From assembly GCA_045580775.1 (NCBI GenBank), contig JAZNOK010000100.1, positions 216-64,215 on the forward strand: a stretch of 64,000 bases of DNA, written 5' to 3'. Of the stretch, positions 1-9,444 are shown one piece after another. Under the pieces are notes generated by a model. It saw only the letters and a list, made by a program, of their open reading frames with translations, ran no database searches and had not been told where the DNA came from. The stretch is from Eubacteriales bacterium. Lineage in GTDB: Bacteria > Bacillota > Clostridia > Oscillospirales > CAG-272. The position numbers and the translations under genes were made by a program. Each line of letters begins with the position of its first letter. Within the stretch, counting starts at the first letter, position 1.

Positions 1-2
1 CC

Positions 3-1283
3 TTTGACAGCGTGGAGAAGATCGGTCAGAGTTTGGATCAGGATACCCAAAATCCCGGTCAGGGTACTGACCCAGAGCAGCCTCCCGTATCTGAGCCTGA
101 TACAGAAGAGCAAAAACCCGCATCCGTGATCTATGTCAAGGATGGCGGTACAGGTGACGGCTCGTCAGCCGAAAACGCACTTTCTTCCTTTATTGAAGCG
201 TTGAAAGCAGCAACAAAGCTGACAGAGGATGTAACTATCAAGATCGTAGGTGATGTTACACTTGATTTTTCTACACGAACAAAGAGCCTCACAGAACCTA
301 AACACACAAACAAGATCACATGGACCTCTGATGAAACAGGCGGCAAGCTGATCATAAAAACATCAAGTGCAAAGAAGTACAACTATATTCAGAACGGAGA
401 GCTTGCAGTAGAGGATCTCGACATTGAGATCGAGGGCGACCGTGGATTTATCATTATAACACAGCTAAATGACATTACCTTCGGTAAGGGAGTCAGCATA
501 AAGAACACAGTAAGCGACGCAAGAGCTAATACATGCAGCATTATCGGAATAAACGCAGGACAGAACAAGCCTGACTATTTCTATGACAAGGATAGCAGAG
601 TATACAAGGCAGATCCGACCATCACTCTAATGTCCGGAGATTTTTATCAGATCGTCGGATTTATGGCAAACTACAACATTACCGCTCTTACCGCCGAGGG
701 AATGGAAATGCGGCTCGACGGAAAGCTCACGGTGAATCTGAGCGGAAGTGCAAGTGTGGACAGACTGTATGCTGTATGTAACTCCTTTAATACAGTACGA
801 GACTGCGTATTCAATATCACGGGCGGAAGTATCAACGAGTACGCAGCAGCTACTGACAGACCCTACACGCACAAGACCAGCAGAAGCATTCAAAAGTACG
901 GTCTGTCCGGAGTTACCGGAACTATGACTGTATATCTCGGAGGAGACTATGATATCGACAGACAGTCTTCTGTGAAGACCACAGCCGCATTTAACGGTTT
1001 GTGCGGATCTACTCTTAACAAAGCTTATGCAGGTGCTTTGGAGGACGAGAGACTCGGAAAGTTTGTGCTGAAGATAGACAAGAGTATATATGATCAGGTA
1101 ATTGGTGCAGATCAAAAGATAAACTTCAAGACTTTTGACAGCGTGGTAAAGGTTGATGCACAGAGCCCTGACACCGGAGACGGTGCAGCTGCATTCTTGT
1201 ATGCGGCAGTTGCATCCCTCGTATGCTTAGGAGCAGTTACTTTGACACTCAAAAAGGACAGAAACGCTCCAAGAAGCAAATGA
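3..1283 (+). CDS. Cell-surface beta-helix-like protein with C-terminal TM anchor; the 5' end probably lies outside the window
   Basis: The frame is open from nt 3. The first residues FDSVEK resemble the module-end motif KTFDSVVKV near this protein's own C-terminus, so an upstream module is likely. The module starts VIYVKDGGTGDGSSAENAL, an N-cap typical of pectate-lyase-fold beta-helix proteins. It ends with a hydrophobic stretch AAAFLYAAVASLVCLGAVTLTL followed by KKDRNAPRSK. It is paralogous to 1585..3003 and to the C-terminus of 48530..54550. Confidence 0.7.
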   Translation, partial: FDSVEKIGQSLDQDTQNPGQGTDPEQPPVSEPDTEEQKPASVIYVKDGGTGDGSSAENALSSFIEALKAATKLTEDVTIKIVGDVTLDFSTRTKSLTEPKHTNKITWTSDETGGKLIIKTSSAKKYNYIQNGELAVEDLDIEIEGDRGFIIITQLNDITFGKGVSIKNTVSDARANTCSIIGINAGQNKPDYFYDKDSRVYKADPTITLMSGDFYQIVGFMANYNITALTAEGMEMRLDGKLTVNLSGSASVDRLYAVCNSFNTVRDCVFNITGGSINEYAAATDRPYTHKTSRSIQKYGLSGVTGTMTVYLGGDYDIDRQSSVKTTAAFNGLCGSTLNKAYAGALEDERLGKFVLKIDKSIYDQVIGADQKINFKTFDSVVKVDAQSPDTGDGAAAFLYAAVASLVCLGAVTLTLKKDRNAPRSK

Positions 1284-1399
1284 CAGCTTATAAAGCATTA
1301 TGTTTCTTTAATAGTCGGATGCTGGCAGGTCTATCCTATCCGTGGCAGCATGAGATATGGTGGATAGTGCAGAGTCATCATAATTAACAAAATAAAAAA

Positions 1400-1435
1400 G
1401 CATCCGCCTCATCGGTCAACCGATGAGGCGGGTGC
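1400..1435. terminator. Bidirectional intrinsic terminator between convergent genes
   Basis: A 16-bp stem gcatccgcctcatcgg / ccgatgaggcgggtgc with a tcaa loop. It has an A-run upstream and tttat downstream. Confidence 0.75.
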
Positions 1436-1584
1436 TTTATATGTATAGATAATTGTGTGAATGACCAATTAGCTGTATCGTTCGGATAAGAGATTATCGT
1501 AACGATAGAAGATATGTGCTATTGTGTCTAATAATCAAGCTTGCTTAAAACGTCCGTGATCGTGCGGTCAATGGGTGGTGTGCA

Positions 1585-3003
1585 TTACTCTGCTTTCTTT
1601 TTCTTTACGATGATAACAACAACGACACCTGCAACGGCGATCGCAGCTACGATTCCTACGATCAACCATATCGACAGACCTTCATCTGCTGTATCATCAG
1701 CAGCTACAGCAGTGTCGGGAGCCTTGGTAGTCTCGGGAGCTTTGGTGGTCTCGGGAGCTTTTGTAGTCTCGGGAGCTTTTGTAGTCTCAGGTGCTTTTGT
1801 AGTCTCGGGTGCTTTTGTAGTCTCGGGAGCCTCGGTAGCTTCGGGAGCTACGGTTGTCTCGGGGGCTACGGTTGTCTCAGGAGCCTTGTTAGTAGAATCT
1901 GATACTACAGTGCCGTCAGCCTTTTGGATAGAGTCAAATGTATCCTTGTTTATCTTGGTATTCTCAGCGAGTACCTTGTCTATGATCTCGTTGTCAGCTT
2001 TGAGCGTGAATGTACCAAGCTCGCTGTTGTCGAGTGCTCCCTCGAATTTCGGATTGAGCGTAGAGCCGCACAGACCCTTGAATGCGTTGCTTGCAAGACC
2101 GGTAAGTCCGCTCTGAGCATCAAGGTTGAAGTTCTTTGTGAGGTAGAGTGTGTATGTTCCGCTGACACCGGACATTCCGTATTTATCCATTCCTCCTGTG
2201 TAAGCACGGTCGGATGCTCCCATGTATGTACCGATCACACCGCCGTCGAGGACTATCTCAGCGTCCTTTACGGTGTTATAGGAGTTACATACAGCGTAAA
2301 GCTTGTCAATGAAGGCGTCGCCGGATACCTTGATAGTCACTTTTCCGTTGAGATTAACTCCGGGCTGCTTGTTTGTGAAGTTAGCACAATAACCTACGAC
2401 CTGCTTGAAGGATCCTGACTTTATTACAATGGTGGTATCCTTTGTATGGGTCTTTGATGCTTCGTCGTAATGTGCTGTATCGTCCATTCTGGAGAGTCCG
2501 TAAACAACAAAGGTGTCAATTGCTGATGCTGCGTTTGTGATAGATACGCCCTCTTCTACAGTGAGATTATAGAGCTGAGTGACAAGTGCAAGGACCTTAG
2601 TTCCGTCCATCTCGATCTTCAGATCCTTTATAGCCAGATCTCCGCCCATGACATAGTATCTGGCAGCAGCGTCCGTCTTTACTATGAGTTTTGAACTTGT
2701 GTCATTTGCAGTCCAGGTTATCTTGTTCTGATGTGCGGGTTCGGTATAGTAGTTCGCTTCAAACTCTGCTGCTCTCATCGTGACTTCACCGACGAATTTT
2801 ATCGTTACATCGGAAGGCTTTGTTGCCGCGAGTACATTTGCGGCTTCGATCGAGCCAAGTGCATTATCTGCGGATGAGCCGTTTCCTGTGGCACCTTCTT
2901 TAACATAGATGACTTCCTCGGCGGCATTTACGAATACTGTTGCCATAATGCCAAAGGAAACTGCCATTACTGCTGTGAGTATTAGTGACAATAACTTTTT
3001 CAT
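1585..3003 (-). CDS. Cell-surface beta-helix-like protein with signal peptide, APETTK repeat stalk and C-terminal TM anchor
   Basis: N-terminal signal MKKLLSLILTAVMAVSFGIMATVFVNA. The module start VIYVKEGATGNGSSADNAL is collinear with ORF 3..1283. It continues with about 10 APETT[KV] units, then a TM segment LIVGIVAAIAVAGVVVVIIV and KKKKAE. Confidence 0.8.
   Translation of the reverse strand: MKKLLSLILTAVMAVSFGIMATVFVNAAEEVIYVKEGATGNGSSADNALGSIEAANVLAATKPSDVTIKFVGEVTMRAAEFEANYYTEPAHQNKITWTANDTSSKLIVKTDAAARYYVMGGDLAIKDLKIEMDGTKVLALVTQLYNLTVEEGVSITNAASAIDTFVVYGLSRMDDTAHYDEASKTHTKDTTIVIKSGSFKQVVGYCANFTNKQPGVNLNGKVTIKVSGDAFIDKLYAVCNSYNTVKDAEIVLDGGVIGTYMGASDRAYTGGMDKYGMSGVSGTYTLYLTKNFNLDAQSGLTGLASNAFKGLCGSTLNPKFEGALDNSELGTFTLKADNEIIDKVLAENTKINKDTFDSIQKADGTVVSDSTNKAPETTVAPETTVAPEATEAPETTKAPETTKAPETTKAPETTKAPETTKAPETTKAPDTAVAADDTADEGLSIWLIVGIVAAIAVAGVVVVIIVKKKKAE
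1705..1885 (-). repeat. 18-nt tandem repeat (about 10 units) encoding an A-P-E-T-T-K stalk
   Basis: The unit ggagcttttgtagtctcg is visible on the + strand. The protein reads APETTVAPETTVAPEATEAPETTK(x6)APDTAV. Confidence 0.9.
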
Positions 3004-3315
3004 AATCTTTTCTCCTTAATATTTGTGGGAATGTACACTATCCCCTTTGTTACATCTTACAATAATTGTTTAATAATGACAAGATATAAATCTCCTGACA
3101 GAGCAAACTATTCTATTATTTCGTATGTTACTAAGTACCTAAAACAGCATAAAATGTATTATTAGGCAGAAAAAGGAATAATATTTACATTTACGCATTG
3201 AAAAGCTGTTTTGCATTTGGTAAAATAAAATATAATGACAATGCTTTGATCATGCTATGCTGTCAGGACAAAGAGTTTTTTTATGTGTTGGCGGCAGCTG
3301 AGAAGGAGATATACA

Positions 3316-4446
3316 ATGGATAAAAAACTGAAACAGAATATGCTTCTTGTGGCGTTTGGCGTGGTGCTATTCGCTATTGTGATGAATTTAGGCAGGGTAC
3401 TGGGTGTTTTGTCGGAATTTTTCGGTCTTGTGTCTTCAGTAATAATAGGTTTTTTGCTTGCGTTTATTCTCGATGTTCCCATGCGTGCGTTTGAAAGCCT
3501 TTTGCTCAAACTTTTTGAAAGATCCAAAAGAAACAAGGCCCCCTCTGCTACCAATTTGCGTGTGATGAGCTTGGTTCTGACTCTCTTATGCCTTGTTTTG
3601 GTTTTGGTGTTGGTGTGCACTCTTGTCATTCCTGCACTTATCGATAGCATGGTCAGTCTCTATGAACTTCTGCTCGAAAAACTCCCGCAGTGGACCGAGA
3701 CCCTGGCAGAGTATAATATAAGCACAGACAGCATGACCGCGTGGTTAAACTCGCTTGATCTGCAGGGTCTCATATCCAAGATCAGTAACGGTGCTACCAG
3801 TGTTATTACATCTGCTATTTCTATTGTGGCTGACGCAGTATCAAGCGTGGCTGCATTTGCGGTTTCATTTATTCTCAGCATTTACGTGCTTCTGTCCAAG
3901 GAGGAGCTTTCTCGCCAGTCAAAGAGAGTTATGCATGCTCACCTGAAAAAGGAGCATGCAGACTATATCACTCATGTGTCGGCTCTGTTGACTCAAACTT
4001 TCTCCAAGTTTTTGTCAGGGCAATGTGTGGAGGCTGTGATACTCGGGCTGCTGATCTTTTTGGCGAATGCGGTATTCGGAGTACCGTATGCATCTCTGAT
4101 CGGGGTACTCACCGGAGTATTGGCATTTGTTCCTTATATGGGAGCAATGGCTGCGTGCGTCATAGGAGCATTCCTGGTAGCTATTGCCGCACCGGAGAAG
4201 GTAATAATATGCATAATCGTGTATCTTGTCGTTCAGTTTGTCGAGAGTCAGTTTATATATCCTCATGTTGTAGGGACGAGCGTTGGACTCAGCCCCCTGT
4301 GGACGCTTATTGCGGTGCTTTTAGGAGGGAAACTTATGGGACTGTTCGGTATGATATTCTTCATACCGATCATGGCTGTTGCACTTGAGCTTTTGCGGGA
4401 GCATGTACGCAGACGTGAGACTTCGCTTTTACAAAAGAAAGAATAA
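3316..4446 (+). CDS. AI-2E family transporter (PerM/YhhT-like permease)
   Basis: Multi-TM protein with the family-typical C-terminal half (..FVPYMGA..VQFVESQFIYPHVVG..GLSPLW..). The start was moved to the ATG at 3316, which is preceded by aaggaga. Confidence 0.8.
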   Translation: MDKKLKQNMLLVAFGVVLFAIVMNLGRVLGVLSEFFGLVSSVIIGFLLAFILDVPMRAFESLLLKLFERSKRNKAPSATNLRVMSLVLTLLCLVLVLVLVCTLVIPALIDSMVSLYELLLEKLPQWTETLAEYNISTDSMTAWLNSLDLQGLISKISNGATSVITSAISIVADAVSSVAAFAVSFILSIYVLLSKEELSRQSKRVMHAHLKKEHADYITHVSALLTQTFSKFLSGQCVEAVILGLLIFLANAVFGVPYASLIGVLTGVLAFVPYMGAMAACVIGAFLVAIAAPEKVIICIIVYLVVQFVESQFIYPHVVGTSVGLSPLWTLIAVLLGGKLMGLFGMIFFIPIMAVALELLREHVRRRETSLLQKKE

Positions 4447-4453
4447 CAATAAA

Positions 4454-4486
4454 GCACCGCATGCCCAAAGCATGCGGTGCTTTATT
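4454..4486. terminator. Intrinsic terminator after the AI-2E gene, abutting the rnpB 3' end
   Basis: Stem gcaccgcatgc / gcatgcggtgc with a ccaaa loop, followed by tttatt. Confidence 0.7.
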
Positions 4487-4870
4487 GTGATCGGGATTGT
4501 AAGCCGTGTTCTGTGGGTGCAAAAAGCACTCTGCTGTCATCTATCTTTGCTACAGGTCTCCCTGCAGCTCCGAGGCATACGCCTCGTGCCACCCGCAGGA
4601 TTCTGCCGGGCCGGCATCACACTTTCGTGTGCTCCTGCATACGGTGTTGCTTCGGATAGGGTTTACATTTGCCCCATGTTACCATGAAGGCCGGTGAGCT
4701 CTTACCTCGCCTTTCCATCCTTACCGCGATAGCGGCGGTTTATTTCTGTTGCACTTTCCCTAAGGTCACCCTCGGCGGCCGTTAGCCGTTATCCTGCCCT
4801 GCGAAGCACGGACTTTCCTCGCTGTAATACCTTTCGGCGACATACAACGCGACAGCACCTCCCGGTCACG
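4487..4870 (-). ncRNA. rnpB: RNase P RNA (bacterial)
   Basis: The minus strand carries the universal P4 motif cGAGGAAAGTCCgtgc and the internal ACAGAAATAAACCGCC. The 3'-proximal element is ACAGAACACGGCTTACAA. P1 pairing gtgaccggga / tcccgatcac defines the ends. A TATAAT box at 4877..4882 on the minus strand sits 7 nt upstream. Confidence 0.9.
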
Positions 4871-5052
4871 GTGTCTATTATACATTATTTTTAAATTCAT
4901 GTCAAGGAAAAAGACACCTGCTCTGAGAGCGGGTTTGTGCTGTTACGTGATGACGGACGTTTTTGGCGGAGAGTGTGTTTTTTCTAAAAAAGCTTGCCGC
5001 ACATAATGAAATCAGCTATAATGATCTTATGCTATTATATGGAGGAATAATA

Positions 5053-5298
5053 ATGAGCGAACTCGAAAAATATGAAAAGATAATAAAGAAGGGTAAATAC
5101 CGTCATTATAAAGGCAATTATTATGAAGTCTTGGGGTTAGCTTACCACTCTGAGGATATGCGTGTGATGGTGGTGTACCGTGCACTGTACGCACAGAGAC
5201 AGATGTGGGTCAGACCTGCTTCTATGTGGAATGAGACCGTCAATGAAAACGGTAGGACATGCCGCCGGTTTGAATTGGTTTCGGATGACATAGAATAA
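5053..5298 (+). CDS. DUF1653-like small protein
   Basis: The motif GKYRHYKGNYYEVLGLAYHSEDMRVMVVYRALY..WVRPASMW matches my memory of DUF1653. A ggagga RBS lies 6 nt before the ATG at 5053. Confidence 0.65.
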   Translation: MSELEKYEKIIKKGKYRHYKGNYYEVLGLAYHSEDMRVMVVYRALYAQRQMWVRPASMWNETVNENGRTCRRFELVSDDIE

Positions 5299-5427
5299 TA
5301 CGCAAAAAAGGCATTTTGTTTGGTTATTATTTTTTCATTTTGTGTTGAAATTTGATATTTTGTTTGGTATAATTCTATATAAAGATATATACAAGAGATG
5401 TTTTGGACGAGTCCAAAGGAGCAGTAT

Positions 5428-6234
5428 ATGATTGAAAGATTAGAAATATATGTAGCAAACAAGCATCTTCCGGGATTGAACCCGCTTACTTTCGGTGAGG
5501 AACGGTGTCAGCCGCTTCATTTCTACGGTCCGGGTTCCCGCCCTTATTGGCTTTTGCATTATGTTGTATCCGGAAAAGGACTTTTTGTTGCTGATGACAG
5601 AACCTACAAGGTGTCTGCATCACAATGCTTTATAGTCAGACCGCAGGAAAAGATCTTTTACCAGGCGGATGAGCATGAGCCGTGGCATTATATTTGGCTT
5701 GCGTTTTCCTCTGACATTGATTTGCCGTCTCCTATGTATGACAATGTGGTATCGGCACCGGGTCTAAATACCATTTTTGCAGATGTGCTTGATGCGAAAA
5801 ACATGAAAAACGGACAGGCGGAATATCTGAGTGCGAAAGCATGGGAGATGGTCGCGTATTTCTGTACCAATGACAAAAACTCGGTCAACCGTGTTGAAGA
5901 TTATGCCGAGAGGGCAAAGACGTGCATCGAGGCTGATTATATGAACGGTATTACAGTTACGGAGATCGCAAAACTGCTAAATCTCGAGCGTAGCTATTTC
6001 AGCACTATATTTAAAAAGAGCGTGGGTATATCTCCTCAGCAGTATCTCAATGAGTTCAGACTTAACAAAGCGGCAAAGCTCCTGTTAGGTCAGCATTTCA
6101 GTGTTTCTGAGGCTGCGTATGCTACAGGGTACACAGATATCGTGAACTTTTCCAGAATGTTCAAAAAATATTTCGGTATGTCTCCGAGCGAATACAAAAA
6201 GAGCGAGAGCAAGCCGATAACCGAGATCGTCTGA
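5428..6234 (+). CDS. AraC family transcriptional regulator
   Basis: N-terminal cupin-like domain and a C-terminal double HTH (..ERSYFSTIFKK..GISPQQY..TGYTDIVNFSRMFKKYFGMSPSEY). An aaggag RBS precedes 5428. Confidence 0.85.
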   Translation: MIERLEIYVANKHLPGLNPLTFGEERCQPLHFYGPGSRPYWLLHYVVSGKGLFVADDRTYKVSASQCFIVRPQEKIFYQADEHEPWHYIWLAFSSDIDLPSPMYDNVVSAPGLNTIFADVLDAKNMKNGQAEYLSAKAWEMVAYFCTNDKNSVNRVEDYAERAKTCIEADYMNGITVTEIAKLLNLERSYFSTIFKKSVGISPQQYLNEFRLNKAAKLLLGQHFSVSEAAYATGYTDIVNFSRMFKKYFGMSPSEYKKSESKPITEIV

Positions 6235-6247
6235 GGCCTCCGAGAAA

Positions 6248-7111
6248 ATGTCAGAGCATAATTACATAGAACAGAGAAAGTGGTATTACGTCCCCGACAA
6301 GGGACTGTCAGGTTTCAATCCGCTTACTTTCGGGGAAGAGAATTGCCGCCCTTTGCATTACAGAGGGGTGAGTGTGTGTGATTATTGGATAATCCACTAC
6401 GTAGCTTCAGGGAAAGGAACCGTGCTTGTCGGAGACAGGACATATCGGGTCTGTGCGTCACAATGCTTTATCCTTCGACCGTTTGAGCACTTTTTCTATC
6501 AGGCGGATGAGGATGATCCGTGGCATTACTCATGGATATCCTTCCGCACGGATGCGGATATGTCGCCCTTTGACGGTATAGTAGTAATGTCATGCCCGGA
6601 GCTGCACGATGTCTTTGCCAAGATCATAAAGGCAAAGGACATCAGGTACGGTCAGCAGGAATATCTCAGTGCGAGATTATGGGATCTTGTCAGTTGCTTT
6701 TACAGAGACGGGGAGCATAGGATCAGCGGTTCTGAGGAATATATAGAGAGAGCAAAAATGTATATTGAAGTAAACTATATGCATCATATTACCGTTTCCG
6801 ATATTGCTGATATGCTCAATTTGGAGAGAAGCTACTTTTCTTCCATGTTCAAGAAGGTTACCGGAGTCAGTGCTCAGAGATATTTGATGGAATACCGCTT
6901 CAACCGTGCGGCAGAGCTGCTCGGAGAGCACAATTATTCGGTCGCCGAGGCGGCTGACGCCGTAGGCTATGCCGATTCTGCGAATTTTTCGAGAATGTTC
7001 AAACGTTTTTTCGGTGTAAGTGCTACAGATTATAAAAATACAAGAAACCTTTCTGCCATGCTAATGCAGAAAGACAACTTTACATCAAAAGATCGAGAGG
7101 ATACTGTATGA
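6248..7111 (+). CDS. AraC family transcriptional regulator (tandem paralogue of 5428..6234)
   Basis: Collinear with the preceding protein (GFNPLTFGEENCRPLH.., ..ASQCFILRP.., ..ERSYFSSMFKK..ANFSRMFKRFFGVSATDY). Confidence 0.85.
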   Translation: MSEHNYIEQRKWYYVPDKGLSGFNPLTFGEENCRPLHYRGVSVCDYWIIHYVASGKGTVLVGDRTYRVCASQCFILRPFEHFFYQADEDDPWHYSWISFRTDADMSPFDGIVVMSCPELHDVFAKIIKAKDIRYGQQEYLSARLWDLVSCFYRDGEHRISGSEEYIERAKMYIEVNYMHHITVSDIADMLNLERSYFSSMFKKVTGVSAQRYLMEYRFNRAAELLGEHNYSVAEAADAVGYADSANFSRMFKRFFGVSATDYKNTRNLSAMLMQKDNFTSKDREDTV

Positions 7112-7950
7112 CCGAAAACAAGATTATCTTAGCATCAGATTCATCATGCGACATAAGAGAGCTGGGACAAACACGGCTGCATACTGCCCCATTGAAGATC
7201 ATTACCGATGTCAAGGAATATGCAGACGACGAGTCGCTTGACATAGCAAAGATGGTGGGAGAGCTTGAACATTACAAGGGCAGATCGTCTACATCGTGTC
7301 CGAATCCCCACGATTGGCTCGAGGCTTTCGGAGAGGCAGAGCAAGTGTATTGCGTTACTATCACAGGGACACTTTCGGGAAGCTACAATTCCGCATGTAC
7401 TGCAAAGAAACTGTACGAGCAGATGCACCCGGACAGGCAGGTGTTTGTGCTTGATTCGCTCTCGACAGGTCCGGAGATGGTACTGCATCTTGAGAAAATG
7501 GCAGAGCTGACAGCAAAAGGAGCAGGTTTTGATGAGGTTTGTGCTTCGATCAATGAGTATCAACAGCACACAGGTCTTCTGTTCATGCTTGAGTCAATGA
7601 CGAACCTTGCCAATAACGGCAGAGTAAGTCCGATAGCGGCAAGAATGGCAGGGTTGCTTGGCATTCGTCTCATCGGAAAGGCAAGTGACAAGGGGGATCT
7701 TGAGCCTCTTCATAAGGTAAGAGGAGAGAAAAAAGCTCTCGAAACGATCTTGTCCGAACTTCAAAAATTGGGCTATAACGGAAAAAAGATCGGCATAGCA
7801 CATTGTCTGAATGAAAATGCTGCAAACGAGCTTGCTTCAATGGTAAAAAAGGCGTATCCTGATGCGGATATAAGCATCAGAGAATGCGGAGGGTTGTGCA
7901 GCTTTTATGCTGAACGCGGTGGACTCCTTGTTGGATTTGAAAAAAATTAA
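7108..7950 (+). CDS. DegV family fatty-acid-binding protein
   Basis: Start (ILASDSSCD) and overall length are DegV-like, and an internal ..GTLSGSYNSA.. motif is present. ATGA overlap with the upstream gene. Confidence 0.8.
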   Translation: MTENKIILASDSSCDIRELGQTRLHTAPLKIITDVKEYADDESLDIAKMVGELEHYKGRSSTSCPNPHDWLEAFGEAEQVYCVTITGTLSGSYNSACTAKKLYEQMHPDRQVFVLDSLSTGPEMVLHLEKMAELTAKGAGFDEVCASINEYQQHTGLLFMLESMTNLANNGRVSPIAARMAGLLGIRLIGKASDKGDLEPLHKVRGEKKALETILSELQKLGYNGKKIGIAHCLNENAANELASMVKKAYPDADISIRECGGLCSFYAERGGLLVGFEKN

Positions 7951-7969
7951 GGAATTATTAAAATAACAA

Positions 7970-8000
7970 AACGGACAGAGTTCGATCGGCTCTGTCCGTT
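7970..8000. terminator. Bidirectional terminator between degV-like and XRE genes
   Basis: Stem aacggacagag / ctctgtccgtt flanked by A-rich and T-rich runs. Confidence 0.75.
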
Positions 8001-8003
8001 TTG

Positions 8004-8246
8004 TTATTTTAGCTCTTGCTCGAGCTTGTAATATTTCTCAGTATCAAAAAACTCAACCAAAGTGATATCCAGACCGTCACACAGCATCTTCAGAGTGACA
8101 ATTCCCGGGTTTTTGCTCTCGCCGTTGAGAATGCTTTTTATTGTTGATTGAGAAACCCCGGACATGTAGCTGAGGGCGTTTGGTGTAATGCCTCTTTCTT
8201 TACACAGCTCGTATATACGTTCTTTTACAAAGGCGTGTATTCCCAT
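8004..8246 (-). CDS. XRE family HTH transcriptional regulator
   Basis: KERIYELCKERGITPNALSYMSGVSQSTIKSILNGESKNP is a Cro/C1-type HTH. The start was placed at the ATG (8246) preceded by a ggagga RBS. Confidence 0.8.
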   Translation of the reverse strand: MGIHAFVKERIYELCKERGITPNALSYMSGVSQSTIKSILNGESKNPGIVTLKMLCDGLDITLVEFFDTEKYYKLEQELK

Positions 8247-8275
8247 ACCATTTCCTCCGATGATCAAAACATAAG

Positions 8276-8383
8276 TTAATGATATATCACTAATCACCGT
8301 CTTGTTAGTGATATATCGGCTTCGTGCTTACGTTCTTGACATGGGATGATGCCTTATGTTAATGTATAGTGATATATCACTAA
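8276..8383. promoter_or_regulatory. Three copies of a palindromic operator-like site TAGTGATATATCACTA upstream of the XRE gene
   Basis: Full palindrome tagtgatatatcactaa at 8367..8383. A near-full copy ttaatgatatatcactaa lies at 8276..8293. A half-site ttagtgatatatc lies at 8305..8317. Confidence 0.6.
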
Positions 8384-8640
8384 TTGTTTGTTTCTTGAGC
8401 CGAGGCATAATCCAATAGAAATGTCCCGCCAAAGCTCAAAAGAAATGTGCTTAGGATCGACTGAATGATATAGTTTTTTTGATTTTGAAGCGAAAGAAGC
8501 TCATATTTAGGTATGGTATCTATGTAAATATACAGCATGCACAGATCCAGAAGTATCAAATTGAGACATATAAAGAGCATGCAGGCGGCTCTTCGGTTCA
8601 TTTTTGAAAAACGTACAAATACTATATTACAATACTTCAC
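8380..8640 (-). CDS. Hypothetical small membrane protein (two predicted TM segments)
   Basis: ORF only. Hydrophobic stretches are ACMLFICLNLILLDLCMLYIYI and IIQSILSTFLLSFGGTFLL. The start is uncertain and no family was recognised. Confidence 0.3.
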   Translation of the reverse strand: MKYCNIVFVRFSKMNRRAACMLFICLNLILLDLCMLYIYIDTIPKYELLSLQNQKNYIIQSILSTFLLSFGGTFLLDYASAQETNN

Positions 8641-8915
8641 GACTCCTCCTTTGTTTGTTGTGCTTTGACATCGGATATAAAGGCTATTATCTATAACGCC
8701 TGCAACCGTCAGAATAATTATACATTATCTATTAGCAAAATGCAGTATATTATTTTTGTTAATTCTGCAAATTACTACCTTTTTTACATATAAAATAGAA
8801 TATAATAACAAAAATACCAAAAAATGCATATTATTGCCTTTATTGTAACATAACATTTAACAAAATGTTCAGTTTGTTTGAATGATAGAATGGTTAAGCT
8901 TTACGGACAGCAGGG

Positions 8916-9257
8916 ATGAGCAATACAGGTCGGAGGAATAATCAAGTGACAAGAGAGGTTGCTAACGGCACACGATCAGAAAAATACTGTAAGATTACAG
9001 CTTCGGTCGGCGGGTATACAATAGTATATGAGCTTTTGAGAAGACAAAACAGAGACATAGATTCGGATGCGGAGTTTTTATATGATATTATACTGACAAA
9101 GCTTTGCCCTGACGGGGCGGTATGTTCGTCGGTCTGTCTGAGTGCTGTGAGCTCCGTGTACGAGAGGGCTTACAGAATGTTTCTTTGTGCCTGCAATAAT
9201 ACGGTAACGCCCATGTGTGCTCATGATTTTTTTGAGGAGTATCACGCTCGTCTCTGA
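8916..9257 (+). CDS. Hypothetical protein
   Basis: ORF only, in an AT-rich region. No family recognised. Confidence 0.3.
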   Translation: MSNTGRRNNQVTREVANGTRSEKYCKITASVGGYTIVYELLRRQNRDIDSDAEFLYDIILTKLCPDGAVCSSVCLSAVSSVYERAYRMFLCACNNTVTPMCAHDFFEEYHARL

Positions 9258-9378
9258 TATTTTCAAACTATGGAGAATTGTGTCCGGGCAATAAACTGAT
9301 GCGTTATCCCACGTATATCAGATTATTTTATCAGATCAAAACGGCATGGCATGTTTTTGATATTTCCGTTGTAAAAAA

Positions 9379-9418
9379 ACCGACTCGGCAGGTACACACC
9401 TGCCGAGTCGGTTTTTTT
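9379..9418. terminator. Bidirectional intrinsic terminator
   Basis: Stem accgactcggcagg / cctgccgagtcggt with an A7 run upstream and a T7 run downstream. Confidence 0.85.
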
Positions 9419-9444
9419 CGTTTTTGTTTAGCGGATGCTGACGA

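Noticed and set aside
1541-2418. Plus-strand ORFs 1541..2116 and 1924..2418, including a VVSGAF repeat.
   Set aside because: They are antisense to the well-supported surface-protein gene 1585..3003. The repeat is simply the reverse reading of the APETTK repeat.
4379-4697. Small + strand ORFs 4379..4687, 4477..4659 and 4506..4697.
   Set aside because: They overlap the RNase P RNA gene on the opposite strand. Their translations are Cys/Arg-rich with no support.
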